DNA of 64,000 nt from Patescibacteria group bacterium (GTDB lineage: Bacteria > Patescibacteriota > Patescibacteriia > Patescibacteriales > JBAZCA01): NCBI GenBank assembly GCA_041661405.1, contig JBAZUL010000001.1:28403-92402 (forward strand). Reading direction: 5' to 3'. Both the position numbers and the translations under genes were made by a program. The stretch's first letter is position 1. Each line of letters begins with the position of its first letter. The notes below the pieces were generated by a model, which worked only from the letters and a program-made list of their open reading frames with translations, was not told where the DNA came from and ran no database searches. This document shows positions 26,379 through 35,129 of this stretch, one piece after another.

Positions 26379-27623
26379 TTAGATTGAAGGAATCGGGAAC
26401 GCAAGGCACATGTCGCGCACTTCTTTTTTTATCTGCTCAAGCACTTCGGACTCATCACGGTGCTCAATCGCGGCGTTAATCCAGGTAACAATTTTTTTGA
26501 TTTCTTCTTCTTTCATACCCCGGGTAGTTATGGCCGGAGTGCCGAAACGGACGCCGGACGGATTGGCCGGCGGATTGGGATCGTTAGGAATGGTTGAGCG
26601 GCTGGACGAAATCCCTACTTTATCCAGGATTATTTCCGTATCCTTACCTCTCAGATCTTTTGAAGTCATATCAACGACCATGAGATGGTTGTCGGTTCCG
26701 TCGGATACAATGCGATAACCCAGTTTTTTCAATTCCTCGGCCATGAGCTTGGCGTTCTTTATCACTTGCGCCGCGTATTCCTTAAACTCCGGCTGGAGCG
26801 CTTCGCCGTAAGCGACGGCTTTGGCGGCTTGGATGTGGTCGTGCGGCCCGCCCTGCATGCCCGGGAATACCGCCCGATCCACCTGCTTGGCGAATTGCTC
26901 TTTGCACATGATCATGGCGCCGCGCGGCCCGCGAAGTGTCTTATGGGTAGTAGTCGTAACAACGTCAAACAAAGGCACCGGATTGTTCATTAACCCGGCG
27001 GCAATCAGTCCGGCTGTATGGGCGATATCGGCGAAAGTAAACGCCCCGACTTCATCGGCGATTTCTTTGAATTTTTGCCAGTCAATTTCCCGGCTATAGG
27101 CGCTGTAGCCGGCGACAATCATTTTCGGTTTTTCTCTTAAAGCCACTTCCCGGACTTTTTCCATGTCTAATTTCCCGACTTCCGGGTCAAGCTCATATTG
27201 GACAAAATTGTAAAGCATGCCGGAAAAATTTACCGGGTGGCCGTGTGAAAGGTGGCCGCCGTGATCCAGGCGCAAACCGAGCACTTTATCACCCGGTTTT
27301 AAAAAAGCGAAGTAAACCGCCGCGTTGGCCGGAGAACCGGAAAGAGGCTGGACGTTAACATGCTCGGCATTAAATAATTTTTTCGCCCGATCAATAGCGA
27401 TGTCGTCCACTTCGTCAATGTTCTGATTACCGCCGTAATAGCGGTGTCCGCCATAGCCTTCGGAATATTTATTGGTCAGAACCGTGGCCATGGCTTCCAT
27501 AACCGCTTTTGACGCGTAATTTTCCGAAGCAATAAGCTCCATTTCTTCCGACTGCCGCTTCATTTCCTTTTTTACCGCGTTCATGATCGCGGGGTCGCTT
27601 TGGGCTAAATTTGGGTAGTCCAT
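26379..27623 (-). CDS. glyA: Serine hydroxymethyltransferase
   Basis: 414 aa. ELIASENY and VTTTTHKTLRGPRG (PLP lysine motif). Confidence 0.97.
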   Translation of the reverse strand: MDYPNLAQSDPAIMNAVKKEMKRQSEEMELIASENYASKAVMEAMATVLTNKYSEGYGGHRYYGGNQNIDEVDDIAIDRAKKLFNAEHVNVQPLSGSPANAAVYFAFLKPGDKVLGLRLDHGGHLSHGHPVNFSGMLYNFVQYELDPEVGKLDMEKVREVALREKPKMIVAGYSAYSREIDWQKFKEIADEVGAFTFADIAHTAGLIAAGLMNNPVPLFDVVTTTTHKTLRGPRGAMIMCKEQFAKQVDRAVFPGMQGGPHDHIQAAKAVAYGEALQPEFKEYAAQVIKNAKLMAEELKKLGYRIVSDGTDNHLMVVDMTSKDLRGKDTEIILDKVGISSSRSTIPNDPNPPANPSGVRFGTPAITTRGMKEEEIKKIVTWINAAIEHRDESEVLEQIKKEVRDMCLAFPIPSI

Positions 27624-27630
27624 ATAACAA

Positions 27631-27700
27631 ATAACAGACGACAGATAACAGAAAGCAGAAAATATCGCCGATTATCTGCTGTCTATTAGCTGTTATCTAA
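27631..27700. repeat. Heptad-built hairpin in the glyA 5' leader
   Basis: ataacag acgacag ataacag aaagcag (loop aaaatatcgccgat) tatctgc tgtctat tagctgt tatctaa. The arms are ~80 percent complementary by eye. Confidence 0.75.
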
Positions 27701-27718
27701 GATTAATTTTCTACTTTA

Positions 27719-27747
27719 ATCCTAAGCCAATCACGGCCATTTGTCAA
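27719..27747 (-). promoter_or_regulatory. Predicted promoter of glyA
   Basis: The minus strand reads TTGACA - 17 nt - TAGGAT. Confidence 0.55.
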
Positions 27748-27806
27748 AATGATTTGCGTGCGAGCAAATCATCCCGTAGCCGAAGGCGTGCGGGAACTCT
27801 CGCACA
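27742..27806 (+). repeat. Promoter-associated structured repeat, type 1, copy R2
   Basis: TGTCAAAATGATTTGCGTGCGAGCAAATCATCCCGTAGCCgaaGGCGTGCGGGAACTCTCGCACA. The left terminus is the -35 of the glyA promoter. Confidence 0.7.
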
Positions 27807-27872
27807 ATAAGACTATTCCGCCATCAGAACTCACGGCAATTCCAGTGAGTAAGGAACAAAAATTTTTGTTCC

Positions 27873-28460
27873 TTACAATTTCCTGTAAGTCATCTTCTTC
27901 AGCCCTTTCCACCAATCGGTAAATTTGGTTTTTTTCATCTCCCTAATAAGCATTTTAGCTGATTTGGTCTCCAGAGCTTTTTCCACGTTTTTAATCCAGT
28001 CCTCAGTGAATTTAAAACCTACATCCGCGTATTCTTTGGCCTGGAACGCGGTTTCCAGCCAGTCGGCGTCTTTGGCGATTATGCCTTCTTCCGTATTCCG
28101 GTTTTCAAATTCATTAAAATACTCTTTCCATCTTTTCTCAATTTCGCCGCCAAGATTTTTTAACTGATCACTAAAAGCATGGGCTTCGGCCGTCTTAACG
28201 GAAAAATAGCGGGCCGAAACTTTATTCTGGTCTCCGACCCGGGCTTCGCCGTTGTCATGTATTAAAATCATGGCCGCCACTTTTTCCGGATTAGCGTTGC
28301 CTTCCATGACCGCGAGAATATAGCCGATCTGGGCGGCGCGCATTACATGCTCGGCGACTGTATCAGGATTTTTAACGCCAGCCAGCTGGAAGCCCGAATG
28401 CCTCTGGCGCTTTAACTGGCTCATTTCAAAAATGTGGTTAACAATATTTTTGACATTCAT
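27873..28460 (-). CDS. HD domain phosphohydrolase (YfbR-like 5'-nucleotidase family)
   Basis: 195 aa. VAEHVMRAA ... LIHDNGEARVGD gives the H...HD...D metal-binding pattern. Confidence 0.7.
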   Translation of the reverse strand: MNVKNIVNHIFEMSQLKRQRHSGFQLAGVKNPDTVAEHVMRAAQIGYILAVMEGNANPEKVAAMILIHDNGEARVGDQNKVSARYFSVKTAEAHAFSDQLKNLGGEIEKRWKEYFNEFENRNTEEGIIAKDADWLETAFQAKEYADVGFKFTEDWIKNVEKALETKSAKMLIREMKKTKFTDWWKGLKKMTYRKL

Positions 28461-28494
28461 AAATTGATTTTAATTTTATTGCAATTTCATTATA

Positions 28495-29874
28495 TCACAT
28501 TTTTCCCAAAAACCTCTTCTTCCTTAAAAGCCGGTGATAGCCAATGGCAAAGCGGTGCGCTTCGTCGCGGACCCGCTTGATTAAATGCAGAGCCGGCGAC
28601 GCGAGCGGCAGTTCCAGGGGCATTTTTTCTCCGGCGAAAAACAGCTTGTCCGGCGCGATAGCTGATCTTAAACCTTCACCCTTTGAAATGGCAATCACCG
28701 GAATATCCAGCTTATGTTTTTTTAATATTCTTACCGCCACGTTCAACTGTGCCTTGCCGCCGTCAATAATAACGAGATCCGGCAATGGCCAGCGTTCCTT
28801 CGCGGCGTTGTCGCTTAAATCAGCGGCTGACCTTCTGAATCTCCTTACCAAAATTTCTTCCAGCATTTTTATGTCCCCGCCTTTGGCTTTTAATCCGCTA
28901 AACCGCGTTTCATCGGCTTTAATCTTAAACTTCCGGTATTCGTTCCGATCCGGTTCGCCGCCGGAAAATACCACCATTGACCCGACCGCCTCTTTGCCGA
29001 AAATATTAGAAATATCATAACCCTCAATCCGTTCCGGACGCTTAGGCAGGCTAAGAATTTTAGCCAGCTCCACGACATCATTGGCGTATTTTTCCCCAAT
29101 ACTTAAAACTCCGGACATATCAAGCACGCGCTCAATATTTTCCAGCCGGAATTTTAAGAGATTTAATTTGTTTTCCAGGCCGATCCTTACCGCGCCCTCG
29201 TCAGTCGCCAATGAAGCTTTATCCATGGATTTAATTTCTCTTTCCAGATTCCTGATTTCTAATTTCAAATTCCTGACAATGTCTTTTTTCTTTCCCTCCA
29301 AAAACTTTATTGCCTGTTTGATATAATCAAGATAATCTTTGCGGGATATTTTTTCTTCGCACATCCCGGCGCATTTGCCGACGTGATAATAGAGGCAGGC
29401 GCGTTTAGGCAAATTAAAGCAGGACCGGTAAGGCCAGATCCGGCGGATAATTTTCAGGGTCTCGCGCACCGCCAGTCCCGATGTGAACGGCCCGAAATAC
29501 CGGCCGGACTTATCAAGCGTCCGGGTGGAATAAATCCGCGGCCATTCCTCTTCAACGGAAACCTTGATATAGAGAAACCTTTTGTCGTCGCGCGACAGGA
29601 TATTGTATTTGGGCTGGTATTTTTTTATCAGGTTGGCTTCAAGTAAAAACGCCTCTACTTCGCTATCAACTATAATCCATTTTACGGTGGCGATTTCCAA
29701 AACCATCCGCTCTTTGGCCGGGCCGAGCGCCGAACCTTTTTGCCAATAGGAAAGCACGCGGGATTTCAGGTTAACTGCTTTGCCCACGTAAATTATTTTT
29801 CCGCCCGCGTCAAAAAATTCATAACAACCGGGAGTTTCGGGGATATTCAGGTTTTTTGCCTGTTTAAGGGTCAT
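28495..29874 (-). CDS. uvrC: Excinuclease ABC subunit C, short form lacking the C-terminal (HhH)2 domain
   Basis: 459 aa. N-terminal GIY-YIG (GCYEFFDAGGKIIYVGKAVNLKSRV). The protein ends at DEAHRFAIGYHRLLRKKR, where full-length UvrC continues into the HhH domain. Confidence 0.9.
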   Translation of the reverse strand: MTLKQAKNLNIPETPGCYEFFDAGGKIIYVGKAVNLKSRVLSYWQKGSALGPAKERMVLEIATVKWIIVDSEVEAFLLEANLIKKYQPKYNILSRDDKRFLYIKVSVEEEWPRIYSTRTLDKSGRYFGPFTSGLAVRETLKIIRRIWPYRSCFNLPKRACLYYHVGKCAGMCEEKISRKDYLDYIKQAIKFLEGKKKDIVRNLKLEIRNLEREIKSMDKASLATDEGAVRIGLENKLNLLKFRLENIERVLDMSGVLSIGEKYANDVVELAKILSLPKRPERIEGYDISNIFGKEAVGSMVVFSGGEPDRNEYRKFKIKADETRFSGLKAKGGDIKMLEEILVRRFRRSAADLSDNAAKERWPLPDLVIIDGGKAQLNVAVRILKKHKLDIPVIAISKGEGLRSAIAPDKLFFAGEKMPLELPLASPALHLIKRVRDEAHRFAIGYHRLLRKKRFLGKM

Positions 29875-29954
29875 AAATAACCAAATTAATAAATTTAATG
29901 ATTAAAAATTTATTAAAAATTGTAAATTGAAAATTATTCTACCATTTTTCCAAT

Positions 29955-29992
29955 AAAAAACAACCCCTGGTTGCCGGGATTGTTCTTTATTT
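29955..29992 (-). terminator. Terminator downstream of the ferredoxin gene
   Basis: The minus strand has hairpin AACAATCCCGG-caac-CAGGGGTTGTT followed by TTTTT. Confidence 0.6.
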
Positions 29993-30010
29993 TCCGCGTC
30001 ATCTTCGCGT

Positions 30011-30196
30011 TTAATCCTCTTCCACGCTAATCGCCTGAACCGGGCAGGAAGCGGCCGCGTTTTTCGCGCATTCATTTATTTCTCCGTCAGCCGGTTCGGC
30101 TTTTCCGGTTTCGTCGTTCATGTTGAAATGATCCGGGCAAAGCGCCGCGCAAGCCCCGCAGCCGATGCAAGTGTCTTCGTTGATTTTTACTGGCAT
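30011..30196 (-). CDS. 4Fe-4S ferredoxin
   Basis: 61 aa. CIGCGACAALCP plus a second cysteine pair near the C-terminus. Confidence 0.85.
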   Translation of the reverse strand: MPVKINEDTCIGCGACAALCPDHFNMNDETGKAEPADGEINECAKNAAASCPVQAISVEED

Positions 30197-30234
30197 GTTT
30201 TTAAAGGAATAATAAATTTTTAATCTCTATAAAC

Positions 30235-30263
30235 ATTCTCTTATAAAAAACAGGTTAAGTCAA
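30235..30263 (-). promoter_or_regulatory. Predicted promoter of the ferredoxin gene
   Basis: The minus strand reads TTGACT - 17 nt - GAGAAT. Confidence 0.5.
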
Positions 30264-30321
30264 ACTGATTCGCGCGCAAGTAAATCATCCTGAGCCAAAA
30301 AACAAAGGATCTGCTTTGACA
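30259..30321 (+). repeat. Degenerate type 1 repeat with both termini (GTCAAA ... TTTGACA)
   Basis: GTCAAACTGATTCGCGCGCAAGTAAATCATCCTGAGCC...GGATCTGCTTTGACA. The termini coincide with the -35 boxes of the divergent ferredoxin and proS promoters. Confidence 0.55.
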
Positions 30322-30344
30322 ATTCGCGTTTTTTCCAATAACAT
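30316..30344 (+). promoter_or_regulatory. Predicted promoter of proS-proC-proA
   Basis: TTGACA - 17 nt - TAACAT, with TAGGAT immediately after as an alternative -10. Confidence 0.5.
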
Positions 30345-30364
30345 TAGGATAATAAGCAAAACCT

Positions 30365-31603
30365 ATGAAACAATCAGAATTATTTACAAAAACCTTGCGC
30401 GAAGCGCCGGCTGACGAACAAAGCTACAATGCCCGGGCGCTTATCCAGGGAGGATTTATCAACAAAGAAATGGCCGGCGTTTATGACTTCCTGCCGCTCG
30501 GGCTTCGGGTGCTGAATAAAATCATCGCCATTATAAGGGAAGAGATTAATGGCATCGGCGGTCAGGAAACTTTTCTCGCGTCGCTCCAGAATCCGGAACT
30601 TTGGAAAAAAACCAACCGCTGGGACGACGCGGTTTATGATGTCTGGTTTAAAACCAAATTGAAAAACGACACCGAACTCGGGCTGGCGACGACGCACGAA
30701 GAGCCGCTAACCAACCTTTTAAGAAGACATATTTCCTCATACAAAGACCTGCCGAAATCAATTTACCATTTTCAGACAAAATTCCGGAACGAAACCCGGG
30801 CCAAATCCGGACTCATGCGGCTTCGGGAGTTTATCATGAAAGACGCCTATTCTTTCCACGCCGACGAAGAGGATTTGAATGATTATTACGAAAAAATGAA
30901 AGCGGCCTATACGAATATTTTTAAACGGGCGGGTCTCGGGCATCTCACTTACCTTACTTTCGCTTCGGGCGGGACGTTTTCCAAATATTCCCACGAGTTT
31001 CAGGCCCTTACTTCGGCCGGCGAAGATATTATTTACATCTGCGAAAAATGCCGCGTCGCCCTTAACCGGGAAATTATTGAAGACGTCCAGCATAAATGCA
31101 CCGAATGCGGCAATGATAAGCTAAAAGAAGAAAAGGCCGTGGAAGTGGGAAATATTTTTAAACTGAAAACTAAATACTCGCGTCCTTTAGGCCTCGTTTT
31201 CATGGACGAAGAAGGAGTTTCAAAAGACGTGGTCATGGGCTGTTATGGCATCGGCCCCCAAAGGCTCATGGGGACGGTTGTTGAAACATTGCATGACGAA
31301 AAAGGCATAATCTGGCCCGAGGCGATCGCCCCTTTCCGGGCGCACTTGCTGAGTCTTAATAAAAACGACGAAGCGAAAAAAATCTACGACGATTTAAGCG
31401 CCGCCGGCGTTGAAGTTCTTTTTGACGATCGCGAGCTTACCGCCGGAGAAAAATTCGCCGACGCCGATTTAATCGGCATCCCTTACCGGATCGTGGTGAG
31501 CGAAAAATCCATTAAGGCCGGAGGGGTAGAGGTAAAAAAAAGAAACGAAAAAGAAGCTAAAATAGTTGAAACAAAAGACATTGTCGCAGTGCTAAAACAA
31601 TGA
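30365..31603 (+). CDS. proS: Proline--tRNA ligase, minimal form without an INS editing domain
   Basis: 412 aa. Class II motifs (FRNETRAKSGLMRLREFIMKDAYSF; GCYGIGPQRL). CEKC-x17-CTEC zinc-ribbon-like insertion and a C-terminal anticodon-binding domain. Confidence 0.9.
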   Translation: MKQSELFTKTLREAPADEQSYNARALIQGGFINKEMAGVYDFLPLGLRVLNKIIAIIREEINGIGGQETFLASLQNPELWKKTNRWDDAVYDVWFKTKLKNDTELGLATTHEEPLTNLLRRHISSYKDLPKSIYHFQTKFRNETRAKSGLMRLREFIMKDAYSFHADEEDLNDYYEKMKAAYTNIFKRAGLGHLTYLTFASGGTFSKYSHEFQALTSAGEDIIYICEKCRVALNREIIEDVQHKCTECGNDKLKEEKAVEVGNIFKLKTKYSRPLGLVFMDEEGVSKDVVMGCYGIGPQRLMGTVVETLHDEKGIIWPEAIAPFRAHLLSLNKNDEAKKIYDDLSAAGVEVLFDDRELTAGEKFADADLIGIPYRIVVSEKSIKAGGVEVKKRNEKEAKIVETKDIVAVLKQ

Positions 31604-32394
31604 ACATAACCAAAAGACTATCCATCGGCATCTTCGGCTTTGGCCACATGGGTCAGGCTATTTTTAAATTGCTAAAAGCCGATGAAAAATTCGGCAGTTG
31701 CCGGTTTTTTATCTGTTCTCTTGGCGTAAACAAAGTCAAAGGCGCGGAATGCGTTCTTAGCCTAAAAACTCTCGGCGAAAAATCCGATATAATCTTTTTC
31801 TGCGTTAAGCCGCAGGAATTTAAAAACTTGGCCGTAGAAAAAATCGGCTCGCCAAAAACCATTATCATTTCCATCATGGCTGGCGTTAAATTAAGCGCTG
31901 TTCGCCGGATGTCCAATACGAAAAAAATCATCCGCGCCATGCCCAACCTTGCCCTGGCGATCGGAGAAAGCATGACCGGCTGGCACGCTGACAAAAAACA
32001 ATTTTCCCGGACAGAACTGCTGACGATAAAAAATATTTTTAAAACTTTCGGCCAGGACATTTTCTTAAAAGACGAAAAACAGATTAACGCCGTTACCGCC
32101 GTTTCCGGTTCGGGTCCGGCTTATGTTTTTCTTTTCATAAACGCCCTGGCAAGCGCGGCCATAAAGCTCGGTTTTAGCCGAAGCGAGGCTCTCTTACTCG
32201 TCAGGCAAACTTTCGCCGGGTCGCTCAAATATTCAGAAGGCGAAAATGATTTAGCCGGACTGATAAAAAAAGTAACCTCAAAAAAAGGCACGACCGAAGC
32301 GGCCTTAAAAAGTTTAAACTCCGGCCGATTTTACAAACAATGGGAACAAGCCGTAAAAAAAGCTTATGAAAGAGCTGAGGAATTATCAAAATAG
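31600..32394 (+). CDS. proC: Pyrroline-5-carboxylate reductase
   Basis: 264 aa. N-terminal GFGHMG Rossmann motif, RAMPN and GSGPAYVF motifs. Start overlaps the proS stop. Confidence 0.85.
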   Translation: MNITKRLSIGIFGFGHMGQAIFKLLKADEKFGSCRFFICSLGVNKVKGAECVLSLKTLGEKSDIIFFCVKPQEFKNLAVEKIGSPKTIIISIMAGVKLSAVRRMSNTKKIIRAMPNLALAIGESMTGWHADKKQFSRTELLTIKNIFKTFGQDIFLKDEKQINAVTAVSGSGPAYVFLFINALASAAIKLGFSRSEALLLVRQTFAGSLKYSEGENDLAGLIKKVTSKKGTTEAALKSLNSGRFYKQWEQAVKKAYERAEELSK

Positions 32395-33718
32395 ACAACA
32401 AACGACCCGCTTCGCCGGAGCGAGAGCGAGGCGAGCAGAAAACCTGCCTCGTCGGCAGGCAGGCAGACAACAGAAAAAAATCTTATCGGTTAAACATGCT
32501 TCAGCCGGACTTATTCATCTTTCTTTAAAACAAAAAAGTGAAGCGCTCAGCTCTTTGGCAATCGCTTTAGTAAAAAATTCCGCTCAAATTCTTAAAGCCA
32601 ATAAAGCCGATATCAAGGCCGCGAAAAAATACGGTAAAAGCGATAGTTTTATTGAACGCCTGGCTTTAGACAAAGAAAAAATAAAAAACATGGCTGATTC
32701 GCTCAGAGCAATGGCAAAACTTCCCGATTATATCGGCGAGGTCATGGAAGAAAAAAGCCGGCCGTCAGGAATCAGGATTAAAAAAGTCCGGGCGCCCCTG
32801 GGGCTCGTCGCCATAATTTACGAATCCCGACCGAACGTTACGGTTGACGCTTTTTCTTTGGCTTTTAAAAGCGGAAATGGAATAATCCTAAAAGGCGGCA
32901 AAGAAATAAAAAATACTAACTTAGAGCTCGTAAAAATCATCAAAGCCGCGCTTAAAAAACACGGTGTCAATCCCGAAATAATCCTTGATTTGACCGGCCT
33001 CGGAAACCCGGAAACCCTAGAACTGATGGCTGACAAAAATATTGACTGCTTAATTCCCCGCGGCGGCAAAGGCCTTATAGAGTTCGTCCGCGAGAACGCC
33101 AAAATTCCGGTTATCATTACCGGCGCTTCGGTCGTCCATGCTTATGTTGACGAAGACGCGGATTTAGAACTCGCCCGGCGGGTAATTATTAACGCTAAGA
33201 CCCGGAGAGTTTCAATCTGCAACGCTTTGGATGTTTTACTTTTACACAAAAAAATCAGCCAGCCCGTACTGGGATTACTGGCCAAAGATTTATCGGCCAA
33301 AGGCGTAGAAATTAGAGCGAACCAGACTGCTTACCGAATTTTAAAAAAACTTAACTACCCAAAATTAAAACCAGCCGGAACGGCTGATTTTGATACGGAA
33401 TTTTTGGATTACATTCTGGCGGTAAAAATCGTGAATGATTTGGATAAAGCGATAAAGCACATTCAAACGCATACTTTAGGCCACAGCGAGGCCATAATCA
33501 CCAGGTCAAAATCCAAAGCCGAAAAATTTTTTAAAGCCATAGACGCGGCCTGCCTTTACCATAACACTTCAACCCAATTTTCCGACGGCGGCGAATTTGG
33601 ATTAGGCTCGGAAATCGGCATCTCCACCCAAAAACTCCATGCCCGCGGCCCCTTTGCCCATGAAGCGCTCACGACCTACAAATACATTATTGAGAGTAAG
33701 GGAATAACCAGAAGGTAA
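32366..33718 (+). CDS. proA: Gamma-glutamyl phosphate reductase
   Basis: 450 aa as listed in the track. YESRPNVT, CNALDVLL and HSEAIIT motifs. The first ~35 aa are Arg-rich, encoded by palindromic repeat sequence, and have no in-frame ATG after them, so the start is uncertain. Confidence 0.88.
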   Translation: MKELRNYQNRQQTTRFAGARARRAENLPRRQAGRQQKKILSVKHASAGLIHLSLKQKSEALSSLAIALVKNSAQILKANKADIKAAKKYGKSDSFIERLALDKEKIKNMADSLRAMAKLPDYIGEVMEEKSRPSGIRIKKVRAPLGLVAIIYESRPNVTVDAFSLAFKSGNGIILKGGKEIKNTNLELVKIIKAALKKHGVNPEIILDLTGLGNPETLELMADKNIDCLIPRGGKGLIEFVRENAKIPVIITGASVVHAYVDEDADLELARRVIINAKTRRVSICNALDVLLLHKKISQPVLGLLAKDLSAKGVEIRANQTAYRILKKLNYPKLKPAGTADFDTEFLDYILAVKIVNDLDKAIKHIQTHTLGHSEAIITRSKSKAEKFFKAIDAACLYHNTSTQFSDGGEFGLGSEIGISTQKLHARGPFAHEALTTYKYIIESKGITRR

Positions 33719-33729
33719 ATTTTAAAGAA

Positions 33730-34857
33730 TTATTTTTCAAACACCAAGTAATCATAATGCACGGCGATCTTTTTTCCGCCTTCGGTTCTTTCCCCTTCAT
33801 TATGCGAGTCCTTGTATTTTCTTATCTCTTCTAGCAATTCTTCGCGCCCGTAGCGGCACTGGCCTTTGGCTAGAATTGTCCCGTCAACATCGCAAACCGC
33901 GACCACGTCGCCTTTTTTAAAATCGCCTTCCGCGCCCTCAATGCCGGAAAGTAAAACCGAGGCTAACTGCCTCTTTTTTAATATTTCAGAAAGATAACAG
34001 CTGGTAATTATCCTGCCTTTGGGATGGGCGGCTAAAGAGAGCCAGCCTTTCAAGGGCTTTATTTTCTTTTTTATTGCCTTAAAATGAGTGCCAATTTTTT
34101 CGTTACGGAGAATCATCTTTGACAATATCGTCGGCTCAAAACCGCTCGCGATGTCCATCCCGATCCCGAGGGAAGTAATTTGCGCGGCGGTTATTAATTT
34201 GCTTTTCATCCCTCCCCGGCCGACCGCGCTTTTTCCCGCTCCCATACTCTTTATCATTTTTTCAATATCCTCCAGCTCGCCTAAAAGCCGGGCGTCTTTT
34301 TCTTTCGGATCCTTGTCGTAAACTCCGGCCACGTTGGTTAAGATGATCAGCCTGTCGACCACTAGCATAGCGGCGATCATGGCCGAGAGCTGGTCATTAT
34401 CGGAAAAATCCAGTTCTTCCGGCGACAATACGTCGTTTTCATTAAAAATCGGGATGACACCGAGGCTTACGAGATTTTCCGTTACCGTCCGCAGACTCAG
34501 GTATTTTTGCCGGTCGGAAAAATCCGACCGGGTTACTAAAATCTGCGCGCAATTTAACCCGTGCTTTTTAAACTCAGCCTTATAAACAGCCATCAGTTCC
34601 GGCTGTCCGACCGCGGCGAGCATCTGCTCCCGGATCAATCTTTTTGACTGGCCGCCTTCTTTAACCCGAAATTCGCCGGTGAGTTCTTTTGCCGTCCGGC
34701 CGCTCGCGACCGCGCCGGAGGAAACCATAATAATCCGTTTCCCGGCTTTAATAACCCCGGCGGCATCACCAACCAGGCTGGCGATTACCTCGCGATTTAA
34801 ATCGCCATCGCCATTAGCAATCAGCTGAGAGCCGATTTTTACTACGATCTTTTCCAT
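33730..34857 (-). CDS. proB: Glutamate 5-kinase with C-terminal PUA domain
   Basis: 375 aa. VVKIGSQLI, MVSSGAV and NENDV motifs, with a PUA-like C-terminus. Confidence 0.92.
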   Translation of the reverse strand: MEKIVVKIGSQLIANGDGDLNREVIASLVGDAAGVIKAGKRIIMVSSGAVASGRTAKELTGEFRVKEGGQSKRLIREQMLAAVGQPELMAVYKAEFKKHGLNCAQILVTRSDFSDRQKYLSLRTVTENLVSLGVIPIFNENDVLSPEELDFSDNDQLSAMIAAMLVVDRLIILTNVAGVYDKDPKEKDARLLGELEDIEKMIKSMGAGKSAVGRGGMKSKLITAAQITSLGIGMDIASGFEPTILSKMILRNEKIGTHFKAIKKKIKPLKGWLSLAAHPKGRIITSCYLSEILKKRQLASVLLSGIEGAEGDFKKGDVVAVCDVDGTILAKGQCRYGREELLEEIRKYKDSHNEGERTEGGKKIAVHYDYLVFEK

Positions 34858-34917
34858 ACATTTAAGGCGCCCGTTTTAAGACGCCAGAAGCTATTTTTGT
34901 GGGTTTAAGAGGGCTCG

Positions 34918-34976
34918 CCCCGCACGCCTATCCCGCCCCGGCGGGACGGGATGCCTCGCTCACACGCTCGGTAAAC
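34918..34976 (-). repeat. Promoter-associated structured repeat, type 1, copy in reverse orientation (no promoter seen)
   Basis: The minus strand reads TTTACCGAGCGTGTGAGCGAGGCATCCCG-hairpin-..GCGTGCGGGG, matching the left arm of copies at 7892, 37838 and 40132. Confidence 0.6.
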
Positions 34977-34990
34977 CATGCGGACAATTG

Positions 34991-35059
34991 TGGGCGGCAT
35001 AGGATTCGAACCTATTACCTCGTCGATGTCAATCCCGAGGACTCGGGACTCTAACCAAC
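34991..35059 (-). pseudogene. tRNA-Val-like fragment X, 3' portion (T arm and acceptor 3' strand)
   Basis: The minus strand reads GTTGGTTAGAGTCCCGAGTCCTCGGGATTGACATCGACGAGGTAATAGGTTCGAATCCTATGCCGCCCA. The acceptor 3' strand is complementary to GGGCGGC at 36405-36411. No canonical anticodon stem can be drawn. Confidence 0.55.
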
Positions 35060-35129
35060 GTTTACGCATCATCTGAAGTTTTCATCCCGCTTAGTAAGAT
35101 GAATTTAATTATTCGTCCTCGATAACAAA

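Noticed and set aside
28544-29020. 158-aa ORF antisense to uvrC. Similar antisense ORFs occur at 36727-37323, 38017-38550, 45051-45527, 52759-53265, 61225-61764 and 61637-62218.
   Set aside because: All lie opposite strongly supported genes. Their Ser/Arg/Pro-rich, low-complexity translations are typical of antisense frames.
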